Made by a program: the position numbers and the translations under genes. This document shows positions 9,641 to 18,842 of a stretch of 64,000 bases of DNA, one piece after another (position 1 is the stretch's first letter; every line of letters begins with the position of its first letter). Under the pieces are notes generated by a model, which made no database searches, was not told where the DNA came from, and saw only the letters and a program-made list of their open reading frames with translations. Source of the DNA: an uncultured Actinomycetota bacterium (GTDB lineage Bacteria > Actinomycetota > Thermoleophilia > RBG-16-64-13); NCBI GenBank assembly GCA_963736705.1, contig CAVTPV010000001.1, positions 485,232 to 549,231 on the forward strand, given 5' to 3'.

Positions 9641-10915
9641 GTGACCAAGAAATCCCTCCTTGCCTTCTTCGTGGTGGTCCTCCTGGCCGGAACCGTCGGC
9701 CTCGTGGCCGGCTGCGGCGGCAACCTACCGAAGGATGCAGTGGCCAAGGTCGGTAGCGTCATCATCACTCAGGAGGCGTTCGACCAGCGTGTGGCGGACT
9801 TCGAAAAGCAGTACGCCGGCCAGATCCCCGACAAAGAGACCGCTCCCGAGGACTACAAACTCTTCCAGCAGGACGTGCTGGAGTACATGATCACGTACGA
9901 GTTGGCCAGCCAGGCCGCCGCCGATCTGAAGCTCACCGTCACCGATGCGGACGTGCAGACCGAGATCGACAAGATCCTCACGGAGACCTTCGCCGGGGAT
10001 CAGACCACGTTCGACGAAGCCCTCGTCACACAGGGCATGACCCTCGATCAGCTCAAGCGCAGCTACAAGGAATCGATGCTGCTGCAGAAGGTCTACGACG
10101 ACGCCACACAAGGCGTCACCACCGTCCCGGATGCCGACATCCAGGCCTACTACGATGCGCACATGACCGACTACTTCGTGGCCGAGACCCGCACGGCCCG
10201 GCACATCCTGCTGACCCCGGCCGCCGACCGCGTGGACGCCACGACGTCCACCTCCGCGGCGACGACCACCACCACAGCGGCGACAGGTAGCAGCGCTACG
10301 ACCACGGCCACCGCGGCCTCGACCACCACCACCGCCGAGCCGACGGAGGCCGACTGGGCTTCCGCGCTGGCAGCGGCCAAACTCGTGCAGTCGCAGCTCA
10401 AGGCTGGTGCCGACTGGACTATCGAGGCCAAGCAGTACTCCGACGATCCGGGCTCCAAGGAGACCGGTGGCGACCTGGGCACCATCTCCAAGGGCGAGAT
10501 GGTGCAGGAGTTCGAGGACGCCGTCTTCTCGCAGGAGAAGGACGCTGTCTCCGATCCGGTCAAGACCGCTTACGGCTACCACGTCATCCAGGTGACGGGC
10601 ATCAACGAGGCCAAGCAGTACACCCTCGAAGAGGTCAAAGAAGAGATCAGCAGCTCGCTCCTGAGCGAAGCCAAAGCCAAAGCCTGGAAGCAGTGGATCG
10701 ATGACCAGAAGGTGAAAGCAGACGTGGTCTACGCCGCCGCGTGGGTCACCACGACCACCACAGCCGCCACGACGGTCACCACCGCTCCCACGGGCGACAC
10801 GACGGCCACCACGGCCGCTGCCACCGCCACCACCGCGGCGCCCGCCTCGACGACCACCTCGGTCTCAGGCACCATCACCACGGCGGGAGCGACGGAGACG
10901 ACCACCGCGCCGTAG
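9641..10915 (+). CDS. PpiC/parvulin-type peptidyl-prolyl isomerase lipoprotein (PrsA/SurA-like)
   Basis: GTG 9641 after AAGAGAGG. Lipobox LVAGCGG. Parvulin core ARHILL...GGDLGTISKGEMVQEFEDAVF...YGYHVIQV. Thr/Ala-rich low-complexity insert and tail. Confidence 0.85.
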   Translation: MTKKSLLAFFVVVLLAGTVGLVAGCGGNLPKDAVAKVGSVIITQEAFDQRVADFEKQYAGQIPDKETAPEDYKLFQQDVLEYMITYELASQAAADLKLTVTDADVQTEIDKILTETFAGDQTTFDEALVTQGMTLDQLKRSYKESMLLQKVYDDATQGVTTVPDADIQAYYDAHMTDYFVAETRTARHILLTPAADRVDATTSTSAATTTTTAATGSSATTTATAASTTTTAEPTEADWASALAAAKLVQSQLKAGADWTIEAKQYSDDPGSKETGGDLGTISKGEMVQEFEDAVFSQEKDAVSDPVKTAYGYHVIQVTGINEAKQYTLEEVKEEISSSLLSEAKAKAWKQWIDDQKVKADVVYAAAWVTTTTTAATTVTTAPTGDTTATTAAATATTAAPASTTTSVSGTITTAGATETTTAP

Positions 10916-10971
10916 CGCCGGCGCCGAAGCGACCGCGCCGCGAGGCGCGAGGCTACCTCATAGAACGACCG

Positions 10972-11005
10972 AAGGCCGGGGGCCAAAACCCCCGGCCTTC
11001 TTCTT
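10972..11005 (+). terminator. rho-independent terminator
   Basis: AAGGCCGGGGG-CCAAAA-CCCCCGGCCTT followed by CTTCTTT. Confidence 0.65.
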
Positions 11006-11048
11006 TGGCACCGTGCCTCCGGTGCCGCGGCTCCTACCGCAAAGGAAA

Positions 11049-11075
11049 GGCCCGAGGGGCGATGCCCCTCGGGCC
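11049..11075 (-). terminator. hairpin terminator candidate for the cyclase operon
   Basis: GGCCCGAGGGG-CGATG-CCCCTCGGGCC; on the minus strand it is followed by TTTCCTTTG. Confidence 0.5.
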
Positions 11076-11155
11076 CTATGAGTCCCGAATCTGGAGACGG
11101 CGGGTCTGCCGCGCCGCGGCGGCGCTTCGCGCCCCGCGGCCGCGCTCAGCGCCCC

Positions 11156-11938
11156 TTACTTGCCGGTCTCGAAGCGGAAGTCACCATCCGGGTCGGTGAT
11201 GGCCAGCAGCCGCACGATGCAGCCGTCGCCCTCAGGCCAACGCCACGGGAAGCACATGAAGGTGCAGCGCTTGCCGCTGATCTCGTCCAGCGCGCCGCCG
11301 GCGTTCTCGATGCCGGGGATGCCGCCCTTGACCATGAGCGTCTTGTGCGCCGGTTCCCACTTGGGGAAGTCCTCGGACGGATCGTGCCCGTAGGTCTGCT
11401 TCCACTCCTCGATGAGGTGCGGGTGTGTGGGGCCAAGCCCATGATTCACGAGTTTGGTGGCGATCGGGTGATCGTTGGCCTGGCAGCCGTAAGCCACCAT
11501 CTTGACCTTGTGATCCACGAACCACTGCGCCGCGTCTTCCCGCGCGCCGGGGCCGTAGGCGAAGTACTCGTCGGTGTCGCCCCAGAGACGATGGAAGCCC
11601 GTGTTGATGACGACGATGTCGCCTTCCTGGATCTTCGGAGTGGCGTTCTCGAGATCCTCGGCGGTGATGGCGCCCCACTTGTCCTTGGGGAGATCGATGC
11701 ACACACCGGTGCCGAACAGGCGCCACAGCGGGTAGTCGTTGATGGTGGGGGTGTTCTCGGTCACGTGGATGGGAGCGTCCATGTGAGTGCAGCGGTGCAT
11801 GATGCCTTCCCACTGGACTTCGTAGACGCCGTCTTTGGCGTGGAACTTGTTGATGTCGATGTTCACGCTGGGCGTGGACGGCCATTCCGGCATGAACTGC
11901 GTGAAGGTGTGGGTGAGGTCGTATATCTTGAGGGCCAT
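11156..11938 (-). CDS. cyclase-family protein (kynurenine-formamidase-like fold)
   Basis: Met at 11938 (MALKIYDLTH) within ORF 11156..12217. Motif HRCTHMDAPIH matches the family HxGTHxDxPxH pattern. Confidence 0.8.
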   Translation of the reverse strand: MALKIYDLTHTFTQFMPEWPSTPSVNIDINKFHAKDGVYEVQWEGIMHRCTHMDAPIHVTENTPTINDYPLWRLFGTGVCIDLPKDKWGAITAEDLENATPKIQEGDIVVINTGFHRLWGDTDEYFAYGPGAREDAAQWFVDHKVKMVAYGCQANDHPIATKLVNHGLGPTHPHLIEEWKQTYGHDPSEDFPKWEPAHKTLMVKGGIPGIENAGGALDEISGKRCTFMCFPWRWPEGDGCIVRLLAITDPDGDFRFETGK

Positions 11939-11966
11939 CGCTAGTCCTTTCGGCTCCGCGGGATGA

Positions 11967-12773
11967 TTACTTACCAGGCTCGATGCGGCAGTTGCCACTC
12001 GGGTCGCACATGGCGACGAAGCGGACCTGGCAGGCATCGCCGTGCTCGAACTTCCACGGGGTCGCGGCGAGGGTGACGCGCTTGCCGCAGACGTCGTCGA
12101 CGTCGCCGCCCACCTGCTCGATGGTGGGGATGTCGGCGCCGAGGATCGTCCGGTGGGCGACGTTCCACTCGGGATGCTCTTTCTTGGGATCGAGACCGGT
12201 AGCCCGGGTGTATTCACCGGCGAGGCGCTTCATGTGCGGGCCGCCACGGTGGTTGGTCATGGAGGTGGCCAGCGGATGGTCGATGAACGGGGTGTCGATG
12301 GCGACCATCTTGGGCTTCATGGACACGAGGTACTCAGCGGCTTCCTTCGACAGGCCCGGAGCCTCGCCGTAGTACTCGAGAGCATCGGAGTACTTGTGAT
12401 GCCAGCCGGTGTTGATGACCACGATGTCGCCCTCTTTGATGCCCGGTTTGGCGTTCTTGAGGTCGTCGGCCGTGATGACTTCCCAGGACTTCTTGGGAAC
12501 GTCCAGGACGCAGCCGTTGCCGAAGTAACGCGCCGGGTCGACGGCGGCGAAGTCGGCGCCCTTCTGGATCATGTGGATGGGGGCGTTCATGTGGGTGCCC
12601 GTGTGCATCACGGTGATGATGCGCCAGGCGAGGACGCCGTGCTGCGCGTGCTTGACGCCACGCTTCATGATGACGTCGTTCTGGCCCGGATAGGACGGAG
12701 CCCCATGGCCCCACACGTGGCTCAGTTCGACGAACTGTAGCCCGGTGACGGGATCGACCACCGCGTTCGACAT
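11967..12773 (-). CDS. cyclase-family protein, paralog
   Basis: Met at 12773 (MSNAVVDPV) within ORF 11967..12806. Motif MHTGTHMNAPIH. Colinear with the neighbouring cyclase (IKEGDIVVINTGWH / IQEGDIVVINTGFH). Confidence 0.8.
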   Translation of the reverse strand: MSNAVVDPVTGLQFVELSHVWGHGAPSYPGQNDVIMKRGVKHAQHGVLAWRIITVMHTGTHMNAPIHMIQKGADFAAVDPARYFGNGCVLDVPKKSWEVITADDLKNAKPGIKEGDIVVINTGWHHKYSDALEYYGEAPGLSKEAAEYLVSMKPKMVAIDTPFIDHPLATSMTNHRGGPHMKRLAGEYTRATGLDPKKEHPEWNVAHRTILGADIPTIEQVGGDVDDVCGKRVTLAATPWKFEHGDACQVRFVAMCDPSGNCRIEPGK

Positions 12774-12809
12774 GCTTCGCTCCCCCTTGGGATGATTGGA
12801 TAGCACGAG

Positions 12810-12849
12810 GGTACATACTGGACATACCGGAAAACGGTACGAGTATACC
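12810..12849. promoter_or_regulatory. AT-rich promoter/operator candidates upstream of the cyclase operon
   Basis: GGTACATACTGGACATACC (ACATAC twice, 9-nt spacing) and GGTACGAGTATACC (GGTA..TACC arms). TATACT is the -10 candidate on the minus strand (12842-12847). Confidence 0.3.
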
Positions 12850-12899
12850 AGAAAGGGCTATTCGGTGCCTGTGAGGAAGTCGAACACCCTGCGTCATGT

Positions 12900-13856
12900 T
12901 CTCGCGGTCGCGAACTCGAGGGTACCGTGACCGGCGCCTGCGGCAGGATGTCGAGCTGGCAGCGCCCTGGGCCGACGCGCTCCTCGATGAACCTGGCGAA
13001 CTCCGGATGCGATTGCTGTACGTCGGGACCATGCGGATCAGGCGTCGCCGTGCTCGGATGAGGACTGCGGCGGGATCGCCCGGGTCGCAGGTACGTGGCC
13101 CGGGTCGGCGGCGCGGACCAGGTGCGGCGACCTCGGCAAGCTGGACGCGCCCAGGTACTCTCGATCTCCGGCGGAGCCGCTGGGAATCGGGCCCGGGGAG
13201 GCCGCAGCGGCGCCTGCGATCACAGGACCGCTGCTGGACCTCGCGCGCTCGGTCCGTGGCGGCGGCCCAGAGTCGAAAGCGTTCTCGGTCTTCAGACGGT
13301 CCCCTTGCACCAGTCGGCCAGGTCGGGTCGATTTGCCCGGCTGCCAGCCGGCGAGTCACCTCGCCGGTGGCGGCATGTTGGAGGCCTTGACCTGCCTGAG
13401 CATCGGTGACGTTCCGGCCGACCTCGGGGGTGAGCCCCTCGCCGGATGGTCGTCCGGGCGATGAGCGGCCACGTATGTCCACTCCGGAAGCCGCATCGTA
13501 GACACCGACTACCGATACGGCCCCGCGTCGGCGAGCATGGATACGGCACGTCTCACTGTTGGCCCTGCGCCAGCTGGAGAAGCGGGAGTGACGCTCATGG
13601 CGGCACTTCGACCGTTGAGAGCCGCTCAGCTCGGGTACGGCGACCGCCGACAATGCGGTCGGTCAGACGAACGGAAGTCTCCGGATAGAAGCAAGGCCCC
13701 ACTTGTCGCCCATCTCGAAGCCGCCCGACCGTGGATTCGAAGGATCACCGGGAACGGGCCCTCGCCCTCGCCGGGCAGGTGGATATCCGACCGCTGGGCA
13801 GGCGAGGAGACCGGCGTAGGGGCTATCAGACCACTTCGCGTGCTCGACTCGGACAT
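12900..13856 (-). pseudogene. possible decayed alpha/beta-hydrolase (esterase-like) remnant
   Basis: ORF 13626..13856 reads ...DIHLPGEGEGPFPVILRIHG. A neighbouring frame continues GGFEMGDKWG (an HGGG..GDK pattern seen in some esterases). Downstream similarity is only patchy across three frames; no intact ORF. Confidence 0.3.
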
Positions 13857-13980
13857 CCCGTCTCCTGTCTCATGGCACTACTCGTCTCCAGAATAGCGAA
13901 CGCCCGGCCCTCCGAAGAGAGGCCGGGCGTTCCGGGATCACCGGCCGAGCCCGTGGGGGGACGGCCAGGGCCGCTGTTGC

Positions 13981-15525
13981 CTACTTGCAGACCTTCTTGT
14001 CGCCCTCGGCCACGGTCTTCTTGAACTTGTCCAGCATGGCCCGCGGCGTCGCGTTCGGACGCTCGTAGCGCGGCATCTCGGGGTCGATGCCGGCCAGGTA
14101 GCGGGCGATGCCCTTGAGCGGTTCCAGGTCGTAGCGGGCCATCATGGTGATGGTCTCCATGACCGGCGAACCGCCGCCGTGCACACCGGCCACCATCTGG
14201 GCGCCGGAGAACGGGTCGCAGAGCTTGTTCTCCATCATCCGGAAGACCCGGTGCGCCTCTTCGGCGGTGTACTTCGGGTTGCGGGTGATGTACTTGTTCA
14301 TGAGATCGGCCGTCTCGGGATCGTAGAACGATTCCTCGGTCGGCAGCGACGCGCAGATGCCGCCGCAGAGGTCGGCCAGGACTTCGTACTCGTGGTAGAT
14401 CTCATTCCCCGCGATGCGGCGGCCGGCGTTGGTGAGGATCTCGTCCGGCACCCAGGAGCCGTTGGGGAACTCCGTGGCCCGGTAGGCGCTCATCTGGCCG
14501 GCGGCGAACACCAGCTCGGCGGTCCCGATGATGTGCGAGATCTTCTCCTGCACGTGGGGGTACTTGGTGATGCCGTTGACGTCGGCCACCAGCGCGGCCT
14601 GAGAGGCGATGACCTCCGACACGGCGGTCTTGCAGCCGCAGTACGAATGGCGGTGGAAGTGGGCGAACATGAGGGCCAGGTAGCCCGCGTACTGCACGAC
14701 GTCCGGATGCTCGAGACCGTTCATGAACACGCGCTCGTTGGGAACGAACACGTCGTCGAAGATGGTGAGGCTTTCCACGTCGCCCACGCAGGCGTCGGGA
14801 GAGTCGAGGCGCTTGCGCTTGTGGCGCAGGCCGGGGAGAGCCATGAGCTTGATGCCGTCCCAGTCGGAGGGCAGCGAGAAGGCCACTGCGTAGGCAGCCT
14901 CTTTGGGGCCCATGAAACGGGTCGGCAGGGCGATGATCTCGTCGGTGTAGGGGGCCGCCGAGTTGCAGACCTTGGCGCCGCGCACGATGATGCCGTCCTT
15001 CTGGACGTCCACGATGCGCAGGTACTGGTCGGGATCGGGCTGATCGATGGGACGCACCCCGCGGACACCCTTGACGTCGGTCTGGGCGCAGCAGCCCACG
15101 ATGTCCAGATCCTGCCAGTAGCGCAGCAGCTTTTCGAAGCGGGGGAAGTACTCGGTGCCGTTGGCTTCGTCGCAGTCGTAGGCGACGACCGAGATGGCGT
15201 TCATGGCGTCGGTGCCCATGCAGCGCTGGATGCAGCCGCCCACCCGGTGGCTGAGCAGCTTGGTCATGAGCTGCTTCTTGAGCAGGTCGTCCACGGAATG
15301 GTGGATGTGGGTGAAGCGGTTGATCTTCTCGCCGGTGAGGTGGGAGGTCGCCGTGCAGACGTCGTCATACTTGGGATCGTGCGCGCAGTCGAAGGTCTCC
15401 TTCATGACGTAGAGGCCGCCGCGCATGTAGTCCTCGGTGCGGTCGTGCTTCTTGCCGTCTATGTAGACGTTGGGCTTCATCTTCGAGAGCCGCTCGTAAA
15501 ACGCGTCGTAGGTGCCTATCCCCAT
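13981..15525 (-). CDS. 4-hydroxybutyryl-CoA dehydratase/vinylacetyl-CoA isomerase-like protein (AbfD/HpaB family)
   Basis: Met at 15525 after GGAGG. The Cys-x3-Cys (GGCIQRCMG) and His-x6-Cys (HFHRHSYC) spacing matches the AbfD [4Fe-4S] ligand pattern. 514 aa, uninterrupted. Confidence 0.8.
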   Translation of the reverse strand: MGIGTYDAFYERLSKMKPNVYIDGKKHDRTEDYMRGGLYVMKETFDCAHDPKYDDVCTATSHLTGEKINRFTHIHHSVDDLLKKQLMTKLLSHRVGGCIQRCMGTDAMNAISVVAYDCDEANGTEYFPRFEKLLRYWQDLDIVGCCAQTDVKGVRGVRPIDQPDPDQYLRIVDVQKDGIIVRGAKVCNSAAPYTDEIIALPTRFMGPKEAAYAVAFSLPSDWDGIKLMALPGLRHKRKRLDSPDACVGDVESLTIFDDVFVPNERVFMNGLEHPDVVQYAGYLALMFAHFHRHSYCGCKTAVSEVIASQAALVADVNGITKYPHVQEKISHIIGTAELVFAAGQMSAYRATEFPNGSWVPDEILTNAGRRIAGNEIYHEYEVLADLCGGICASLPTEESFYDPETADLMNKYITRNPKYTAEEAHRVFRMMENKLCDPFSGAQMVAGVHGGGSPVMETITMMARYDLEPLKGIARYLAGIDPEMPRYERPNATPRAMLDKFKKTVAEGDKKVCK

Positions 15526-15570
15526 CACGACCTCCAAGGTCTGATCGCGAGCTTTTGACCGATGGGGGCC

Positions 15571-15606
15571 ATTATACGACAAATCCGAGCGTAGAGCGAG
15601 CGCTCG
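15571..15606 (-). promoter_or_regulatory. -10 box TATAAT plus upstream CGAGCGCTCG palindrome (promoter/operator of the AbfD-like gene)
   Basis: A perfect TATAAT on the minus strand (15571-15576). A perfect 10-bp palindrome (15597-15606) sits over the -35 position. GAGCG occurs four times within 15587-15617. Confidence 0.4.
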
Positions 15607-15664
15607 ATTGACGAGCGGACCGTGACTGCACCACCGGCCGGCGCCCGGTGCGGGCGGCAGAGGC

Positions 15665-16951
15665 TCAGCGAAGCGTCAGCGGCACGAGCTTCCCGCCGGC
15701 ATCCAAACCAAGGCCGGTCCGGCCGTCATACGACAGGCACAGCGGCGCCACTTTCAGCGACAACTCCGTCTCCACCGGCAGCACGCCGGAGAAGTCCACG
15801 AGGGTCGTGGTGCCCGGTTCGGCTTCCGCATCCCCGTGACCCTTGATCACCATAAGGGTCTGGGCGTCCAGCCAGCGGCTCACGGGAGGCTCCGTCGAAT
15901 CGTCCCTTAGTTGCCACAGGGTCGAGCCGTCGGAGGCCGATAGCACCTCCACCCTGTTCTCGCTCGACACGGCCTTGCCCTGAGCGTCGGTGGTGGTGAA
16001 CGCCCACGAAGAGAGGACCATGCTTCCGTCCTCGTTGAACTCGGCCCCCGGTCCGGGCACGTCGATGGCCCACACTTCCCCGAGGTTATCCTCCCAGGCG
16101 TACATGGTGAGCAGAGCATCACCGGGGAGCGCTTCGATCCCCGGTCGGCTGACGGTGAGGGCCACCTCGCAGCCATCGACACTCAAGGCCACATGCTGAT
16201 CCTGATCGGACGCGAGGGTATGCGTCCCATCCGCGCGGAACAGCAGTGTCTGGAAGGCCTGGCCTCCGCCATCCTCGTATCGGACGAGCGTCAGTCCGGC
16301 CGATTCCAGATCGCCATCGATGGACCAGCCGGAGCAGAACCATCTGCCCGGGATCGCGAACTCCCGGATTGTCGTACCGTAGATGTCGATGACCTCGAGC
16401 GACCCGGTGGCGTCGGCAGAGGCATCCCCGGCCGCCGAAGTGAGCACGGCCACGCTCGCGCCGTCCCGGGCGATGGCCACCTCGACGGATTCGTTCTCGC
16501 CCACCGATATCTCGCGAAGCAGGGTGACGGTGGCGCCTCTGCCGTCGGAGTCCTGGTCGACGAGCAGGATGCGTTCCGTCCGGGGGCCGCTTCCGCTGTG
16601 CTCGAGGGGCCTCGCGGTCATGACCGCTCGATAGACCGTGGGACAGGCATCCATCTGCCCCGGCGCCCAGCCTCCAAGGATCAGCGACCAGCGGACCGTC
16701 GCCGATGCATCCAGGCAGTACAGACGGTCGCTCACGAGGTTGACGCCATCGGCGAGTTCGTCCTGGTGCTCGCTCCAATCCTTGCTGTACGACGTGGCGA
16801 GAAAGCGGTCTCCCCCGAAACCCGCGACGCCGGCGGGATAGAAGCTGGGGGTGTCCGAGCCTTCGCAGCCCGCGAGGACGCCGGCCAAAACCACCGCGGC
16901 AACGGCCATGGAAAGCAGCGTGAGCAGGCAGCGCAGATCGCGGCGCTTCAC
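15665..16951 (-). CDS. secreted lipoprotein, beta-rich (propeller-like?) hypothetical
   Basis: GTG 16951: VKRRDLRCLLTLLSMAVAAVVLAGVLAGCEG (signal peptide plus lipobox). 428 aa, uninterrupted; no family recognised. Confidence 0.6.
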   Translation of the reverse strand: MKRRDLRCLLTLLSMAVAAVVLAGVLAGCEGSDTPSFYPAGVAGFGGDRFLATSYSKDWSEHQDELADGVNLVSDRLYCLDASATVRWSLILGGWAPGQMDACPTVYRAVMTARPLEHSGSGPRTERILLVDQDSDGRGATVTLLREISVGENESVEVAIARDGASVAVLTSAAGDASADATGSLEVIDIYGTTIREFAIPGRWFCSGWSIDGDLESAGLTLVRYEDGGGQAFQTLLFRADGTHTLASDQDQHVALSVDGCEVALTVSRPGIEALPGDALLTMYAWEDNLGEVWAIDVPGPGAEFNEDGSMVLSSWAFTTTDAQGKAVSSENRVEVLSASDGSTLWQLRDDSTEPPVSRWLDAQTLMVIKGHGDAEAEPGTTTLVDFSGVLPVETELSLKVAPLCLSYDGRTGLGLDAGGKLVPLTLR

Positions 16952-17184
16952 ATCCGACCTCCTCACGGCTCGGCGCGGCGATGTCCCTCTGAACCGTATA
17001 TGTCCGGCACATGGATCTTTGTGACAGAAGCTGTGGCGTGCGGTCGGCACTCCCCTCAGAGGTGACGCCTTGCAGGGGAACCACGACATCTCCAGAATCG
17101 GTATTGCGTACGACTGCCCCCATGTTCGCTTATCGAGTCATGTGGCCGTGACAGTCGGAATTCGCTAACGAGAGGGGTGCGCAC

Positions 17185-17548
17185 ATGAGTTGGGGAAACG
17201 CAACGGGGATAGTCATCTACGTGATCGTTGTGTTAGCCGTAGCCGTCTTCATGCTGGCGGCGATGTGGCGAGTCTTCTCGAAGGCGGGGCAGCCGGGGTG
17301 GGCGATCTTCATCCCCATATACAACGCGATAGTGCTACTGCGCGTTGCGGGCAAGCCCTGGTGGTGGTTGTTCCTTTACCTCATCCCGATCGCTGGACAT
17401 CGTGGTGGCCATCATGGTCTACGCCGGAGTGGCCACGAACTTTGGCAAGGGCGCGGGCTTCACGCTTGGGCTTATCTTCCTCCCCTACATCTTCTACCCG
17501 ATCCTGGGGTTTGGTGGGGCCGTGTACCAGGGCCCAGTGAGTCGCTGA
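17185..17548 (+). pseudogene. small membrane protein, DUF5684-like, one frame break near 17395
   Basis: ORF 17185..17577 (..KAGQPGWAIFIPIYNAIVLLRVAGKPWWWLFLYLIPI) joins ORF 17345..17548 (..IVVAIMVYAGVATNFGKGAGFTLGLIFLPYIFYPILGFG). Confidence 0.65.
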
Positions 17549-17620
17549 ACCGGGACCGTCTGCGCGGCCACGGCTAGCTATCCGTGCCGACGCATCCGCC
17601 GGCAGCGTTGCTGAAAAGAC

Positions 17621-17655
17621 GAGGGCGGCTCCAGTGGAGCCGCCCTCGCTTTGTT
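17621..17655 (+). terminator. rho-independent terminator
   Basis: GAGGGCGGCTCC-AGT-GGAGCCGCCCTC (12-bp stem) followed by GCTTTGTT. Confidence 0.7.
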
Positions 17656-17835
17656 CGAAGATGATTCTGGATGAGGCCGGGCTCTCGATGGGAGCCGCGG
17701 CCCTGACGGGGTCTCCGCCTACGCGGCGACCACCTTCTTGGGTTCCCCCACCACCACCCGGCGGCACAGGTCATGCCTGTCGAGCGGACGAAGATCACGA
17801 CGAAGTAGCCGGACCGTGCCGCGGGGGGACGTGGT

Positions 17836-18813
17836 ATGTTCTTCGGCATGGCTACTCCTCTCGAGCCCATGGGGACCATCTACGATATCCAGGGCTTCTC
17901 AGTGCAGGACGGCCCGGGCATCCGCACCACCGTCTTCCTGAAAGGCTGTCCGCTGCGCTGCCCCTGGTGCCACAGCCCCGAATCCCAACGCTTCGACATC
18001 CAGCTCTCCTGGCAGGAACGCAAGTGCATCGGGATCGACGAGTGCGGCCGGTGCCTGGACTGCTGCCCCAACGACGCCATCAGCGCCGCCCGTGAGCCCG
18101 CGAGCGCCGGCGGGACAGGGGCTTCGGTCCGCGCCGTCCACGTGGACTGGCAGAGATGTGACGACTGCGGGGCCTGCGCGGAGAGTTGTCCGGCGGGTGC
18201 GCTTGCCATGTGGGGGAAGCGCTACACCGTGCGGGAGGTGGTCGACAGAGTGGTCCGGGACCGGCCGTTCTTCGAGCGATCCGGCGGGGGAGTCACGATC
18301 TCGGGCGGCGAACCACTATCCCAGGCCACCTTCACCACCGCACTGCTCAAGGCCTTCAAAGACCAGGGGCTGCACACGGCCCTGGACACCACCGGCTACG
18401 CCCCTTGGAGCGTGATGGAGGGGACCCTGGGCTTCACCGACCTGTACCTACTCGACCTCAAGTGCATGGACCCCAGGACGCACCGCGAGGTGGTGGGCGT
18501 GCCCAACGAACTCATCCTCGACAACGCCCGCAAGCTGGCGCAGCGGGGCGCCCTCATCCAGGTGCGCATCCCGCTGATCCCTCGCTTCAACGACACCATG
18601 GAGGCGATGGAGGCTCTGGGGCGGTTCATCTCGTCGCTGGGTAGCGCGGTGACCCTTGTGCAGCTTCTTCCCTACCACGCTATGGGAGTGTCCAAGTGGG
18701 AACGCATACGGCCGGAGGGCGCGGTCTTGGAGGCCGGCACCATCCCCGACGACCGGGTGGGAGACCTGCGGGTCGCCTTGCAAGACTGCGGTGTTCCGGT
18801 GCAGCTCCACTAA
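17836..18813 (+). CDS. glycyl-radical enzyme activating protein (radical SAM, with two extra ferredoxin-like clusters)
   Basis: IYDIQGFSVQDGPGIRTTVFLKGCPLRCPWCHSPE (CX3CX2C) plus CIGIDECGRCLDCCP and CDDCGACAESCP. 325 aa, uninterrupted. Confidence 0.9.
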   Translation: MFFGMATPLEPMGTIYDIQGFSVQDGPGIRTTVFLKGCPLRCPWCHSPESQRFDIQLSWQERKCIGIDECGRCLDCCPNDAISAAREPASAGGTGASVRAVHVDWQRCDDCGACAESCPAGALAMWGKRYTVREVVDRVVRDRPFFERSGGGVTISGGEPLSQATFTTALLKAFKDQGLHTALDTTGYAPWSVMEGTLGFTDLYLLDLKCMDPRTHREVVGVPNELILDNARKLAQRGALIQVRIPLIPRFNDTMEAMEALGRFISSLGSAVTLVQLLPYHAMGVSKWERIRPEGAVLEAGTIPDDRVGDLRVALQDCGVPVQLH

Positions 18814-18842
18814 AGGGTACTACCCTGCTACCATATGGTGCT

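Noticed and set aside
18696-18842. 5' extension of the GRE ORF back to 18696
   Set aside because: The extension overlaps the activase gene and is Arg/Gly/Pro-rich. The conserved GRE N-terminus begins at Met 18843, 30 nt after the activase stop.
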